A stretch of 24,000 nucleotides of DNA, from NCBI GenBank assembly GCA_964497435.1, contig CAZCCD010000004.1:93922-117921 (forward strand). The letters are read 5' to 3'. The stretch's first letter is position 1. Each line of letters opens with the position of its first letter. The DNA is from Candidatus Woesearchaeota archaeon. Lineage in GTDB: Archaea > Nanobdellota > Nanobdellia > Pacearchaeales > GW2011-AR1. The translations under genes and the position numbers were made by a program. Below, one piece after another: positions 9,303-17,657 of this stretch. The notes below the pieces were generated by a model, which ran no database searches, was not told the DNA's origin, and saw only the letters and a program-made list of their open reading frames with translations.

Positions 9303-9353
9303 TATTTGAAAGTAGAAGATAATGTATATAAATAGTTTTTTGTTTATAGGAGA

Positions 9354-9743
9354 ATGAAGTATGAATTTGCGTTAGATATACAATTAATAGCCGAGGAAAT
9401 CTCAAAAATGCTGTATCCTCATATTAGACTTGAGAGGATTAAATGCTATAGAAGTTATGGCTCTTCAAGCAGAGGAACAATAGCCAGATGCCATGCACTT
9501 GGAAAGATTATGCAGAAAGCCATAGGAGTCAATGCATTCTATACTCTTGAATTTTTATCAGAGAGGTTTGATAAATTAGACAAAGAAGAACAGATAAAAG
9601 TAATAATCCATGAATTAATGCACATACCAAAAAGCTTTGGAGGAGGTTTTAAACATCATGATTATGTTTGTCAAAGAAATGTGAATTTGCATTATAGGGA
9701 ATATAATAGGAGAAAAAATGAAAACCAAAAAAGTTTATTTTAA
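9354..9743 (+). CDS. Predicted small zinc metallopeptidase (HExxH; SprT/COG4900-like).
   Basis: HELMH motif in VIIHELMHIPKSFGGGFKHHD. The size (~130 aa) and layout resemble archaeal predicted metallopeptidases. The family assignment is from memory only. Confidence 0.5.
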   Translation: MKYEFALDIQLIAEEISKMLYPHIRLERIKCYRSYGSSSRGTIARCHALGKIMQKAIGVNAFYTLEFLSERFDKLDKEEQIKVIIHELMHIPKSFGGGFKHHDYVCQRNVNLHYREYNRRKNENQKSLF

Positions 9744-10065
9744 CCTTAATGGAAAGAAATTCAAATTTGATGCAGAGATTTGTGAGGGTTTAAAGGCTGG
9801 TAGAGGATTGATGTTTAAATCTAAAAATACAAACGCCTTATTGTTTGAATTTGATAATCAATCTAAAACCCCTTTAACCTCTTTATTTGTGTTTTTCCCT
9901 TTTGTTGCTGTATGGCTTGATGGAGAAAGGATTGTTGACATAAGGCTGATAAAGCCGTTCAAGCCTCTAATAAGAACAAAAAAGAGATTTAACAGGATTT
10001 TAGAAATTCCAGTAAATCACAGATATAAGCGTGAGATTAAATTTCTCTGCTCGAAACCCCACTAG
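9718..10065 (+). CDS. DUF192-like (COG1430) protein.
   Basis: GRGLMF...ALLFEF...VAVWLDGERIVDI...ILEIP matches the DUF192 pattern GLM..GMLF..fwM..D..f.d..g.i...vLE. It overlaps the upstream gene by 26 nt, suggesting translational coupling. Its stop codon lies inside the first copy of a 45-bp tandem duplication. Confidence 0.6.
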   Translation: MKTKKVYFNLNGKKFKFDAEICEGLKAGRGLMFKSKNTNALLFEFDNQSKTPLTSLFVFFPFVAVWLDGERIVDIRLIKPFKPLIRTKKRFNRILEIPVNHRYKREIKFLCSKPH

Positions 10066-10131
10066 CTTATGGATTATTTCGTGAAGTTTCTCTGCTCGAA
10101 ACCCCACTAGCTTATGGATTATTTCGTGAAG
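10042..10131. repeat. Perfect 2 x 45-bp tandem duplication.
   Basis: The unit tttctctgctcgaaaccccactagcttatggattatttcgtgaag occurs at 10042-10086 and again at 10087-10131. It is followed by tttctc (10132-10137), which is the start of a third copy and provides junction microhomology. Confidence 0.95.
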
Positions 10132-10216
10132 TTTCTCGTCGGATAACAAAAGATTTAAAAAGATGTTCCGATTGATTTTATCATTACACTATGAAAGGAG
10201 GTATAGAAAATTAAAT

Positions 10217-10345
10217 ATGGGAAAAGTTCTTGTTAGAAATGTGGTTAAGAGAAAACACGGCTATCTTTATTATGTAGATGGAAAAGGAAATGTTTGTGAG
10301 GCAAAGATGGCTAGAGGTGGAAGAAAGAAAAAGAAAAAGAGATAA
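10217..10345 (+). CDS. Small basic hypothetical protein (42 aa from the internal ATG; the track ORF begins at 10163).
   Basis: GGAGGT at 10197-10202 precedes the ATG at 10217. Product: MGKVLVRNVVKRKHGYLYYVDGKGNVCEAKMARGGRKKKKKR. The 10163 start would add a non-conserved-looking leader that contains the SD itself. Confidence 0.4.
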   Translation: MGKVLVRNVVKRKHGYLYYVDGKGNVCEAKMARGGRKKKKKR

Positions 10346-10392
10346 AGATTTTTATTTTTATAGTTTTTATTTTTAATTAATATTTATTTAAA

Positions 10393-10605
10393 ATGACAAA
10401 AGGGAAAAAGAATAAGAGATGGAGTATAGCATTTCTTTTTTCTATTTTTTTAGGTTTTTTTGGAGTTGATAGGTTTTATTTGGAATACATATGGACTGGA
10501 ATATTGAAATTGATAACGCTTGGGGGTCTAGGAGTGTGGTATCTTATTGACATAATACTCATAGCTACAAGGTATCATTTTTCAAGAGTGAGATGGATTG
10601 ATTAG
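10393..10605 (+). CDS. TM2 domain-containing small membrane protein.
   Basis: [39 protein letters not shown] matches the TM2 pattern (G.fG.hrFYlG......kl.t.gg.giW...D). Confidence 0.75.
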   Translation: MTKGKKNKRWSIAFLFSIFLGFFGVDRFYLEYIWTGILKLITLGGLGVWYLIDIILIATRYHFSRVRWID

Positions 10606-10846
10606 AAATATTTTTGCATACTCCAAAATAATTGTTTAACTTTGTTTAATTAATAACTTATTTGCTCAGATTCAGACTCTATCAAGAATCTTTGCTATAA
10701 ATAATATTAATAGATAAACTAATTATGGAATATTTAGATTACTAACTTGTTATTACATTAACACCAAGATAATTATTACGAATTAAAAATAAAGCGTTTT
10801 ATTTTAACATCAAACAATTTATAAAATATTGATTCTAGTGAAGTGA

Positions 10847-11725
10847 ATGGATAAAAATGAAATTATAAAGGCTGGGAAAATAGCTGTTGAGGTTAAGAAA
10901 TATGCAAGGGAAATTTTGAAGAAAGACGTTAGCTTATTGGAAATTGCTGAAAAAGTAGAAAGCAAGATTTTTGAGTTAGGAGGAAAACCTGCTTTCCCTG
11001 TTAATCTTTCAATTGATAATATTGCTGCACATTACACTCCTTCTCACGATGATAAAAGTAAAGCTCGTGGCTTATTGAAGGTTGATTTTGGAGTCCATAT
11101 TGATGGATGGATAGCTGACACTTCTTTTAGTGTTGATTTGGAAGATAATGAAGAAAACAAAAAACTCGTTATTGCATCTGAAAAAGCACTTGAAAATGCT
11201 TCAAAAAAAGTGAATAGTGGAATAAAAGTCGGAGAGATTGGAAAAGTTATTCAGGAGACAATTGAAGACGAAGGTTTTTCTCCAATTGTAAATCTTTCAG
11301 GACATCAAATAAATCATTATGAGTTACATTCCGGAGTAACAATACCTAATATTGATGATAATAGGAATGTTAAATTTGAAGAAGGTTTGTATGCTATCGA
11401 GCCCTTCACATCAACAGGTCTTGGTAGAGTTCATGACGGAAAACCCTCTGGAATTTATGAATTAATTAGCGAGAAGAATGTTAGGAGTACAATCGCCAGA
11501 GAAGTCTTGAGTTTTATTATTGAAGAATATAAAACCCTGCCTTTTTGCTCAAGGTGGCTCTTTAAGAAATTTGGAGCTAAAACATTTTTTGCGTTAAGAC
11601 AGCTAGAAGAAAATGGAAATTTAAGACAATTTAACCAGTTAGTTGAAATTCAAAATGCGAAGGTTAGTCAGGCAGAAAATACTTTCCTTATTGAGAAAGA
11701 TAAAGTGACAGTTATAACTCAGTAG
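10847..11725 (+). CDS. map: Methionine aminopeptidase, type 2 (archaeal).
   Basis: The length (292 aa) fits. Metal-ligand and substrate motifs are in the right order: AHYTP, DFGVHIDGWIADTSF, SGHQI..YELHSG, YAIEPF, SQAENT. Confidence 0.9.
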   Translation: MDKNEIIKAGKIAVEVKKYAREILKKDVSLLEIAEKVESKIFELGGKPAFPVNLSIDNIAAHYTPSHDDKSKARGLLKVDFGVHIDGWIADTSFSVDLEDNEENKKLVIASEKALENASKKVNSGIKVGEIGKVIQETIEDEGFSPIVNLSGHQINHYELHSGVTIPNIDDNRNVKFEEGLYAIEPFTSTGLGRVHDGKPSGIYELISEKNVRSTIAREVLSFIIEEYKTLPFCSRWLFKKFGAKTFFALRQLEENGNLRQFNQLVEIQNAKVSQAENTFLIEKDKVTVITQ

Positions 11726-12119
11726 ATTCAAATTCCTCTCTTTCTAACAATTGCTTTACATGATAAGCAAGATCAGGATGACTAAATGGTTTTTTATAAA
11801 AACCTTCTGCACCAACTTCTAAAACTCTATTTTTTACATGGTCATCATCATCCCAGCAATAGAATATAGATGGAAAACTGACCTTTCTTGAGATTCTTTG
11901 AATAATTTCTGTTCCTTTTGGTCCATAATCCAAGTCTTCTTCTGTAATTAATAAAACAACGTTGCTTGAATCTTCTCCAATCAATCTGCTACTAAGATCC
12001 ATTCCATTATTAAAATGCTCATAATGATAATTTCCAGAAAGGGTTTTTTCTAACCATTCTTGTGTTGCCTCTCTTGTAAACTTGCTAGGGTCAGCTATTA
12101 TAATAGATTCCTTTGTCAT
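11712..12119 (-). CDS. CheY-like receiver-fold protein, probably a pseudo-receiver.
   Basis: Alternating beta/alpha pattern with KKPF (the conserved Lys-Pro of beta5) and IIIADPS at beta1. The expected phospho-acceptor position reads VVLLITEED, with T where the Asp is expected. It lies 30 nt downstream of cdc48 on the same strand. Confidence 0.5.
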   Translation of the reverse strand: MTKESIIIADPSKFTREATQEWLEKTLSGNYHYEHFNNGMDLSSRLIGEDSSNVVLLITEEDLDYGPKGTEIIQRISRKVSFPSIFYCWDDDDHVKNRVLEVGAEGFYKKPFSHPDLAYHVKQLLEREEFESTEL

Positions 12120-12149
12120 TTCATTAACTCTAAAAAAGAATATTTAAAT

Positions 12150-15100
12150 CTATCCAAGATAACTGCTTTCTGCAGGAACAGCTGCTTTGACTGCTTTTAG
12201 ATAATTGTCTTCGACTTTTTTGTATACTTCTATTGTTGATTTTGTGATGCTTGGTTTTATTTTTTTCAATGCTTCTTCAAAGTGAGAAAGCTTTACTTGC
12301 TTTGCTTCTTTTGATTCTCTCAAGGCGAGCATTCCTGCCTCTCTCACTACAGCCTCTAAATCAGCTCCGGTATATCCTTCTGTTTTCTTTGCGAGTTCTT
12401 TTAATGAGATGTTTTTTGCCAGAGGCATTTTTTTTGTATGAATCTCAAGTATTTTTAATCTTCCTTCTTCTGTTGGCGCAGTGACTAAAAGTATTTTGTC
12501 AAACCTCCCTGGTCTTAATAATCCAGGATCTAGCAAGTCTGGCCTATTAGTTGCACCTATTACTAAAACATCTTTTAGATCTTCTAAGCCATCCATTTCA
12601 GCAAGCATTTGATTTAAGACTCTTTCTGTAACTTTTGTTCCTGCTTCTAGGCCTCTTCTTCCTGCAAGTGCATCTATTTCATCAAAAAATACTATACAAG
12701 GAGCAACCTGTCTTGCTCTTTCAAATACTTTCCTCATTCCTTCCTCACTTTCACCAACCCATTTACTTAGCAATTCAGGACCCTTAATCTGGATAAAATT
12801 AGCCTCTGATTCTTTTGCGACAGCCTTGGCCAAGAGTGTTTTTCCTGTTCCAGGAGGGCCATAAAGAAGTATTCCTCTAGATGGTCGTATCCCCATTCTG
12901 TCAAAACCCTCTGGAAATTTAAGAGGCCATTCAACAGCTTCTTTCAATTCTTGTTTTACTTTTTCTAGACCACCAACATCTTCCCAACCAATATTTGGGG
13001 TTTCAACTAAAACCTCCCTCATTGCACTTGGCCTTACTACTTTTAAAGCATCCATAAAATCATTATGTTTGATAATTAATTTTTCCAGCATTTCAGGAGG
13101 AATCTGCTCTTCTTTGTCTAATTTCATTTCAGGAAGCAGTTTTCTTAGAACATTCATTGCAGATTCTTTTGCGAGAGCTTCAAGATCGGCTCCAACAAAA
13201 CCATGTGTTAATGAAGCTATTTCATATAACACTGCTGGGATTGACTCTTTTCTTACTATATCAAAATATTCTTTAGATAACACGTTTGAATCCTGTAGGT
13301 CATTTAAAATCTCAAAAACTTGTTTCTCACTTTCAGACAAATTTCTTTTTAAAAAAATGCTTCTAGGATCATTTTGTCCTCTTTTAGCGAGAGAATCCTT
13401 TAATACACATATCTCTTTTATCAACTCAATTAGAAGTTGTTTATTATTCTTAAATTCATCACTTCTTTTCCTAACTACTAATATGTCTTTCCTTATTTTA
13501 TCTATTTGACTTTCAGAATCTTTTACATCTTTGGTAATTGTTTGTATACGCTTTTCTAAAGTAAGAATTTGATCGTTCAAATCATCTATATTTTCTCTTA
13601 GTTTTTTTAATTCACTTTTTTTTAGTCTAAACAGCTCTAATACTTCTGAGAGGTGAAATTTTCTTTCATATTCTCTTTCTAACGTTCTAAATTCATTCTC
13701 TAATCTTTTTAACAACAGACTTTTTCCTTCAGAATCAGAATTTAAATCCTTTAATTCTTTACTTTTATCTTTTTTCTCTTTAGAAATCTTCTCTATTTTT
13801 TCTGCTAACTTTGATATCTTAATATTTGAATTTTCTTCAAAAGAAGATAATTCATTTAAGAAAACTTTTTTAGAGATATTAATATCCCAAAAATCAAGAG
13901 GCATTCCTCTTGTATGAATTTGCAAAATTTGTAACCTTCCATTTTTATCCGGGACTCCTACTTCAATCTCTCTATCAAATCTCCCAGGCCTCCTTAAAGC
14001 AGGGTCAAGTGCATTTACTCTATTTGTTGCCCCAATTACAATTACTTTTCCTCGAGATTTTAGGCCATCCATCATAGTTAATATCTGGGAGACGACTCTT
14101 CTTTCGACTTCTCCAGAAACATCTTCACGTTTTGGTGCAATGGCATCAATCTCATCTATGAAAACTATTGCTGGTGCTGTTTTCTCAGCCTCTTCAAAAA
14201 CATCTCTAACTCTCTTTTCACTCTCTCCATAGAACTTAGAATTATGCATTAAAAAATAAGGAGAAGCAGTAAAGCTGTCTTTATCAACGGTAAAATCATA
14301 CAATTCCATTTTGCCGAGAGGAGTTAAATTATCTACTCTCTCCCATGCAATATCATTTCTAAGCAAAGTGTTAAACTCTTTTTTCACAGCATCATTTACA
14401 ATGTTGTGTTCGACCGCCAAATCATAAAGAACTTTTAATGAATGTTTTGTAGCCTTATCAGTTTTATAAATATAATAATCTTTATTTCTATAATTTTTAT
14501 AAGGAATTCTTTTTATCTCTTCTATTAATAAGGAAGGGTGAGGTATATTCTCATACTCTTTCACTCTTATAACTTTTTCTATTTCTTTCAAAGCAGCTAA
14601 TTTATGTTTGCTTACTGCACCAATTTGCAAAAATTTAACTCTTCCTTCATTACCCCTAACAACTAACTTATACATTAATCCTTTTGGTGTATGATGTTCT
14701 GCTAATTTAGTACTTATACCTAATTTTAATAGCATCAATGACTGTAATTGGGATAAAAACTCCTTTTTAACGCTATAAAGATAAGGTGTTGGATAGATCA
14801 TATTCTTTACTTTTATTTTCATAACTGTTCCATCCCCATCAAAATATCCTCTAATAAAAGACTCAATTTCATTTTTTGGAAGGGTGAAGAAATAACTAGG
14901 AATATGTTCCTTATTTTCACTCGTAAACTTTAGTAGTCTTAGATATTCTACTAAAAGTTTTGAATAAACTATAACCCCAAACATCTTCCCCTTATTTTTT
15001 TCCTTAAAATTATCAATATTGAAAACCCTCTTAACGAGAAACTTAAAACGTTCTATTAATTCAATATTATTGTTATAAAAACCAATCGAGTCATCTTTTC

Positions 15101-16493
15101 CAGAGATATTCCCATCAGAAACTATTAAACCTAACAATTCTAAAAGCTCTGAAGATGTTTTTTTGGGAAGCTTGATAAAATTACTTCTTGAAAGGTTTAT
15201 ACTTTTAATAGCGAAATTACCATCTTTCTCTGTTAAGCTGAATTTTTGATGCAGTTCACTTAACGGGACATTAAAACTAGATTCCTCTAAATCTATTTTA
15301 TTTAACCTGGCAACAAAATCTCCTTTATTTAGGTTTCTCACAGCCTCCCAAACTAACTCTCCGTTTCTATAAACCAAAAACGGCTGATTTTCAGAAGCAA
15401 TAATTTCGTTTCCGTCGCTTAATTCTAATTTAAAAGACTCTGCCTCTAATTTCGTAACATGTGTGATGTTGGCTTTCTCTATTTTGCCGTCCTTAAATGA
15501 ATATGTGCTGATTGGCTTATCAAGTTTTTTTAGAATATAATCTCTAAATTTTTCATCTTTTCCTTCTTGTAGATAAATCTGTTTAGCCTTTATATATCCA
15601 TCAGGATTTGTTAAGACTTGTGTTTCTCCAGAAACACACATTACTTCTGGCCCGTTTAACAAAATAAAATTAGCATCTGTTTCGTTTGCGACTGCCTTGG
15701 CCAAGAGTGTTTTTCCTGTTCCAGGAGGACCATGGAGTAAAACTCCTTTTGGAGGCTCTACACTTAACCTTTCAAATATTTCAGGATGTTTCATAGGTAT
15801 CTCAACCATTTCTCTTATCTTTTTGACCTCATCATCTAATCCACCAATGTCTTCATAAGTTATTTCAGGGATTTTTTCTTCAGAGATTTCGACTGCTTTT
15901 GGATTTAATGTTACTTCTGTGTTTTCTGTGACAATACATGGCTGGCTTGGAGAGATATTCACTACGAGAAATTTTATTTGTGTTATTCCTCCTCCAAGAT
16001 TTCCAAATCCCATATTGTTTAACATTTCTCCAAACAATCCGCTGAATTCATCATCCATTGACTCAGAGAAGAGATCTCGTCTTCTTTGGACTCCGCCAAG
16101 GACAACTATATCTCCTTTAACTATTGCCCTTCCTAAAAGCCCTCTTCTTAAACTATTAGAGTCAGCCTGAATCATTATGCCTTTTTGAGCAGGAGCAATA
16201 ATTACTTTTTTAGCTTCTTTAATTTCAACTTTAGAAACAGAGACAACATCTCCTATACCTGTCCTTGCATTTCTCCTTAGTATTCCATCTATTCTTATTA
16301 TTCCTTCTCCAACATCTGCAGGATAGGCCCTATCAGCTATTGCAATTGTTTCTTTATTTCCTTTAATCAAGATTACATCTCCTCTTTTTATACCTAGTTC
16401 TCTCATGATTTCAGAATCTATTCTTGCTATTCCTTTGTATGCATCATCTTGCAATGCTTCAACAACCTTTAACTGAACTTTTTTTTCTGTCAT
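12150..16493 (-). CDS. cdc48: Cdc48/VCP-like AAA+ ATPase (N-D1-D2) interrupted by an intein and carrying a coiled-coil insertion.
   Basis: N-domain present ([28 protein letters not shown]). D1 has Walker A GPPGTGKT (aa 255-262) and Walker [11 protein letters not shown]2 has [37 protein letters not shown]. The 1447-aa length is explained by a 466-aa intein plus a ~220-aa insertion. Confidence 0.95.
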   Translation of the reverse strand: MTEKKVQLKVVEALQDDAYKGIARIDSEIMRELGIKRGDVILIKGNKETIAIADRAYPADVGEGIIRIDGILRRNARTGIGDVVSVSKVEIKEAKKVIIAPAQKGIMIQADSNSLRRGLLGRAIVKGDIVVLGGVQRRRDLFSESMDDEFSGLFGEMLNNMGFGNLGGGITQIKFLVVNISPSQPCIVTENTEVTLNPKAVEISEEKIPEITYEDIGGLDDEVKKIREMVEIPMKHPEIFERLSVEPPKGVLLHGPPGTGKTLLAKAVANETDANFILLNGPEVMCVSGETQVLTNPDGYIKAKQIYLQEGKDEKFRDYILKKLDKPISTYSFKDGKIEKANITHVTKLEAESFKLELSDGNEIIASENQPFLVYRNGELVWEAVRNLNKGDFVARLNKIDLEESSFNVPLSELHQKFSLTEKDGNFAIKSINLSRSNFIKLPKKTSSELLELLGLIVSDGNISGKDDSIGFYNNNIELIERFKFLVKRVFNIDNFKEKNKGKMFGVIVYSKLLVEYLRLLKFTSENKEHIPSYFFTLPKNEIESFIRGYFDGDGTVMKIKVKNMIYPTPYLYSVKKEFLSQLQSLMLLKLGISTKLAEHHTPKGLMYKLVVRGNEGRVKFLQIGAVSKHKLAALKEIEKVIRVKEYENIPHPSLLIEEIKRIPYKNYRNKDYYIYKTDKATKHSLKVLYDLAVEHNIVNDAVKKEFNTLLRNDIAWERVDNLTPLGKMELYDFTVDKDSFTASPYFLMHNSKFYGESEKRVRDVFEEAEKTAPAIVFIDEIDAIAPKREDVSGEVERRVVSQILTMMDGLKSRGKVIVIGATNRVNALDPALRRPGRFDREIEVGVPDKNGRLQILQIHTRGMPLDFWDINISKKVFLNELSSFEENSNIKISKLAEKIEKISKEKKDKSKELKDLNSDSEGKSLLLKRLENEFRTLEREYERKFHLSEVLELFRLKKSELKKLRENIDDLNDQILTLEKRIQTITKDVKDSESQIDKIRKDILVVRKRSDEFKNNKQLLIELIKEICVLKDSLAKRGQNDPRSIFLKRNLSESEKQVFEILNDLQDSNVLSKEYFDIVRKESIPAVLYEIASLTHGFVGADLEALAKESAMNVLRKLLPEMKLDKEEQIPPEMLEKLIIKHNDFMDALKVVRPSAMREVLVETPNIGWEDVGGLEKVKQELKEAVEWPLKFPEGFDRMGIRPSRGILLYGPPGTGKTLLAKAVAKESEANFIQIKGPELLSKWVGESEEGMRKVFERARQVAPCIVFFDEIDALAGRRGLEAGTKVTERVLNQMLAEMDGLEDLKDVLVIGATNRPDLLDPGLLRPGRFDKILLVTAPTEEGRLKILEIHTKKMPLAKNISLKELAKKTEGYTGADLEAVVREAGMLALRESKEAKQVKLSHFEEALKKIKPSITKSTIEVYKKVEDNYLKAVKAAVPAESSYLG
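13230..13895 (-). other. ~220-aa K/E-rich coiled-coil insertion in the Cdc48 D1 alpha-helical lid subdomain.
   Basis: Canonical Cdc48 reads HTR.MPL(~10 aa)[11 protein letters not shown]. Here HTRGMPL (aa 860-866) and [13 protein letters not shown] (aa 1091-1103) are separated by heptad-like sequence: [23 protein letters not shown]...[42 protein letters not shown]... Confidence 0.8.
14241..15638 (-). mobile_element. Full-length intein with a LAGLIDADG homing-endonuclease domain, in Cdc48 D1.
   Basis: The extein junction NGPEVM|C...HN|SKFYGESE restores the conserved AAA motif GPE.MSK.YGESE. Block A is CVSGETQVL and blocks F/G are [19 protein letters not shown] followed by +1 Ser. The two LAGLIDADG motifs are [12 protein letters not shown] and [12 protein letters not shown]. 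Length is 1398 nt (466 aa). Confidence 0.9.
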
Positions 16494-16501
16494 GTTATAT
16501 T

Positions 16502-16849
16502 TTATCCTCTTTTATATCCAGCGAAGATTTGCGTGGATTGATATTTAAATCCTTTTGGAGATATTTCTTTTTCTTCTGATAATTTTACTAGTTTAAATTC
16601 CTTTGTTTTCTCATTATATTTTATTGTATATCTTTGCTTTAAAAAACCTTTAGAGTCATCTCCTTTTTTTATAAGGATTATCTCTTTAGTTCCTGATTTA
16701 TCTCCTGTCTTTTCATTATACTGGGTGTTAATATTAAAATCCTCAACTAAATATTCTTTTCCGTTAATCTCTATTTTATCTCCTTTCTTTAGTTTAGATA
16801 GATTTGGGCGAATTTTCTTCAACCTTTTTTGTTTTATAGTTTCTAACAT
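16502..16849 (-). CDS. Hypothetical Lys-rich 115-aa protein, immediately upstream of cdc48.
   Basis: There is an 8-nt gap to the cdc48 start on the same strand. A GGAGGA SD sits inside the end of the preceding small ORF. I recognise no motif. Confidence 0.6.
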   Translation of the reverse strand: MLETIKQKRLKKIRPNLSKLKKGDKIEINGKEYLVEDFNINTQYNEKTGDKSGTKEIILIKKGDDSKGFLKQRYTIKYNEKTKEFKLVKLSEEKEISPKGFKYQSTQIFAGYKRG

Positions 16850-16850
16850 T

Positions 16851-17027
16851 TTAATTTCCTCCTAAATTATACACAATATTGTAACAACTTTTACATGTTT
16901 GTCCTGCTCCTTCTACATATCCTTCTCTTAACCTTATTGGGGTTTCTATAAGTATATTTATTGGATTATGACATAAGACACATTCTTCAAATCCTAATTC
17001 TTCAAAGATTCTGTTTTCTTCTTTCAT
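16851..17027 (-). CDS. Small zinc-ribbon protein (58 aa) that is absent from the ORF track.
   Basis: My translation: MKEENRIFEELGFEECVLCHNPINILIETPIRLREGYVEGAGQTCKSCYNIVYNLGGN. It has a CxxC...CxxC pattern. A strong SD (atcAGGAGGaaaaATG) precedes it. Its stop codon lies 1 nt before the ATG of the next gene, and it overlaps the 3' end of the upstream gene by 26 nt, so packing is operon-like. Confidence 0.6.
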   Translation of the reverse strand: MKEENRIFEELGFEECVLCHNPINILIETPIRLREGYVEGAGQTCKSCYNIVYNLGGN

Positions 17028-17379
17028 TTTTCCTCCTGATTATTTCTCCAAAACTCAATGAAAGTCTGCCAGCTTCTTCAAAACATAGTTTAACCATGTC
17101 ATCCATTATTTTTTCCTGTTCTCTTATAAATGAGACTATTTCTTTTGGGATAGAGACAGCGTAACTGTTGCCTACTATCCTCATTTTTACTTTAAATTCT
17201 CTGTTTTTAAGGTTCATAAATTTATTGTATTCATCCTCATCAACAGGATGGATTATCTTACTTGAGCATTTAGGACATTCAATTGCCCTTAAATTGAAGC
17301 CGTTTTTAGAAATATTTATCTTTTGCATTTTCTCTTCGCAGTCTTTGCATAGTATTGCGTTGTCGAATATATCGGCCAT
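17002..17379 (-). CDS. Zinc-ribbon plus AbrB/SpoVT-like DNA-binding protein; putative transcriptional regulator or antitoxin-like protein.
   Basis: N-terminal CKDC...CPKC zinc ribbon. C-terminal KVKMRIVGNSYAVSIPKEIVSFI matches the swapped-hairpin AbrB/SpoVT pattern (r.vG.S..v.iPk.i). An SD aaggag precedes the ATG. Confidence 0.7.
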   Translation of the reverse strand: MADIFDNAILCKDCEEKMQKINISKNGFNLRAIECPKCSSKIIHPVDEDEYNKFMNLKNREFKVKMRIVGNSYAVSIPKEIVSFIREQEKIMDDMVKLCFEEAGRLSLSFGEIIRRKNERRKQNL

Positions 17380-17398
17380 TTTACTCCTTAATTATGAA

Positions 17399-17577
17399 GG
17401 CTGTATCTTTAGATACAGCCAGTGGGGTTGAAAAGAGGTTATTCCTCTACCTCCGTCTAAGCGTAGCCGGAGAAAAGAGGTTATTCCTCTGCCATCGTCA
17501 ATAAATTGCCAATGGGAAGAGGTTACTTATGAAGTATATACCTCATGTGTATACATAAGGTGTATACTATTTAAATG
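17399..17577. promoter_or_regulatory. Structured intergenic region: a perfect hairpin, 42/43-nt-periodic hairpin repeats, GTATAC-type repeats and a TATA-like box.
   Basis: Hairpin ggctgtatc-ttta-gatacagcc at 17399-17420. The motif gaaaagaggttattcctct occurs at 17430-17448 and 17472-17490, with a degenerate third copy (aagaggtta at 17518-17526). Each copy folds as AGAGG-TTATT-CCTCT. gtata[tc] repeats lie at 17534, 17549 and 17562. A tatttaaat box lies at ~17568-17576. Confidence 0.6.
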
Positions 17578-17657
17578 TTTTGGTTAATTTGTTATAATTA
17601 TAAAGTAATCATTAAAATTGTAGAATATTTTTAAAATCAAAACCAATTTATAAAATC

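Noticed and set aside
10163-10216. The upstream ATG at 10163 as the start of the small basic protein.
   Set aside because: The GGAGGT SD-like element lies inside this extension and precedes the ATG at 10217, so I prefer the shorter form. It remains uncertain.
13230-13895. The Cdc48 coiled-coil insert as a second, degenerate intein or a mobile insertion.
   Set aside because: No splicing or endonuclease motifs, no flanking repeats, and heptad-like K/E/L composition throughout.
12251-16170. Plus-strand ORFs 12251-12484, 13069-13509 and 15919-16170.
   Set aside because: All are antisense to the well-supported cdc48 CDS and have Leu/Ser/Phe-rich shadow-frame composition.
16961-17431. Plus-strand ORFs 16961-17164 and 17168-17431.
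   Set aside because: They are antisense to the Zn-ribbon/AbrB gene and the newly called 58-aa gene, and their composition is low-complexity.
17430-17530. The repeat-spacer-repeat layout (19-nt repeats, ~23-nt spacers) looked superficially CRISPR-like.
   Set aside because: The repeats are too short, there are only 2 perfect copies plus 1 degenerate copy, the spacers are shorter than any known CRISPR spacer, and no cas genes are present. I treat it as a regulatory or RNA-structure repeat instead.
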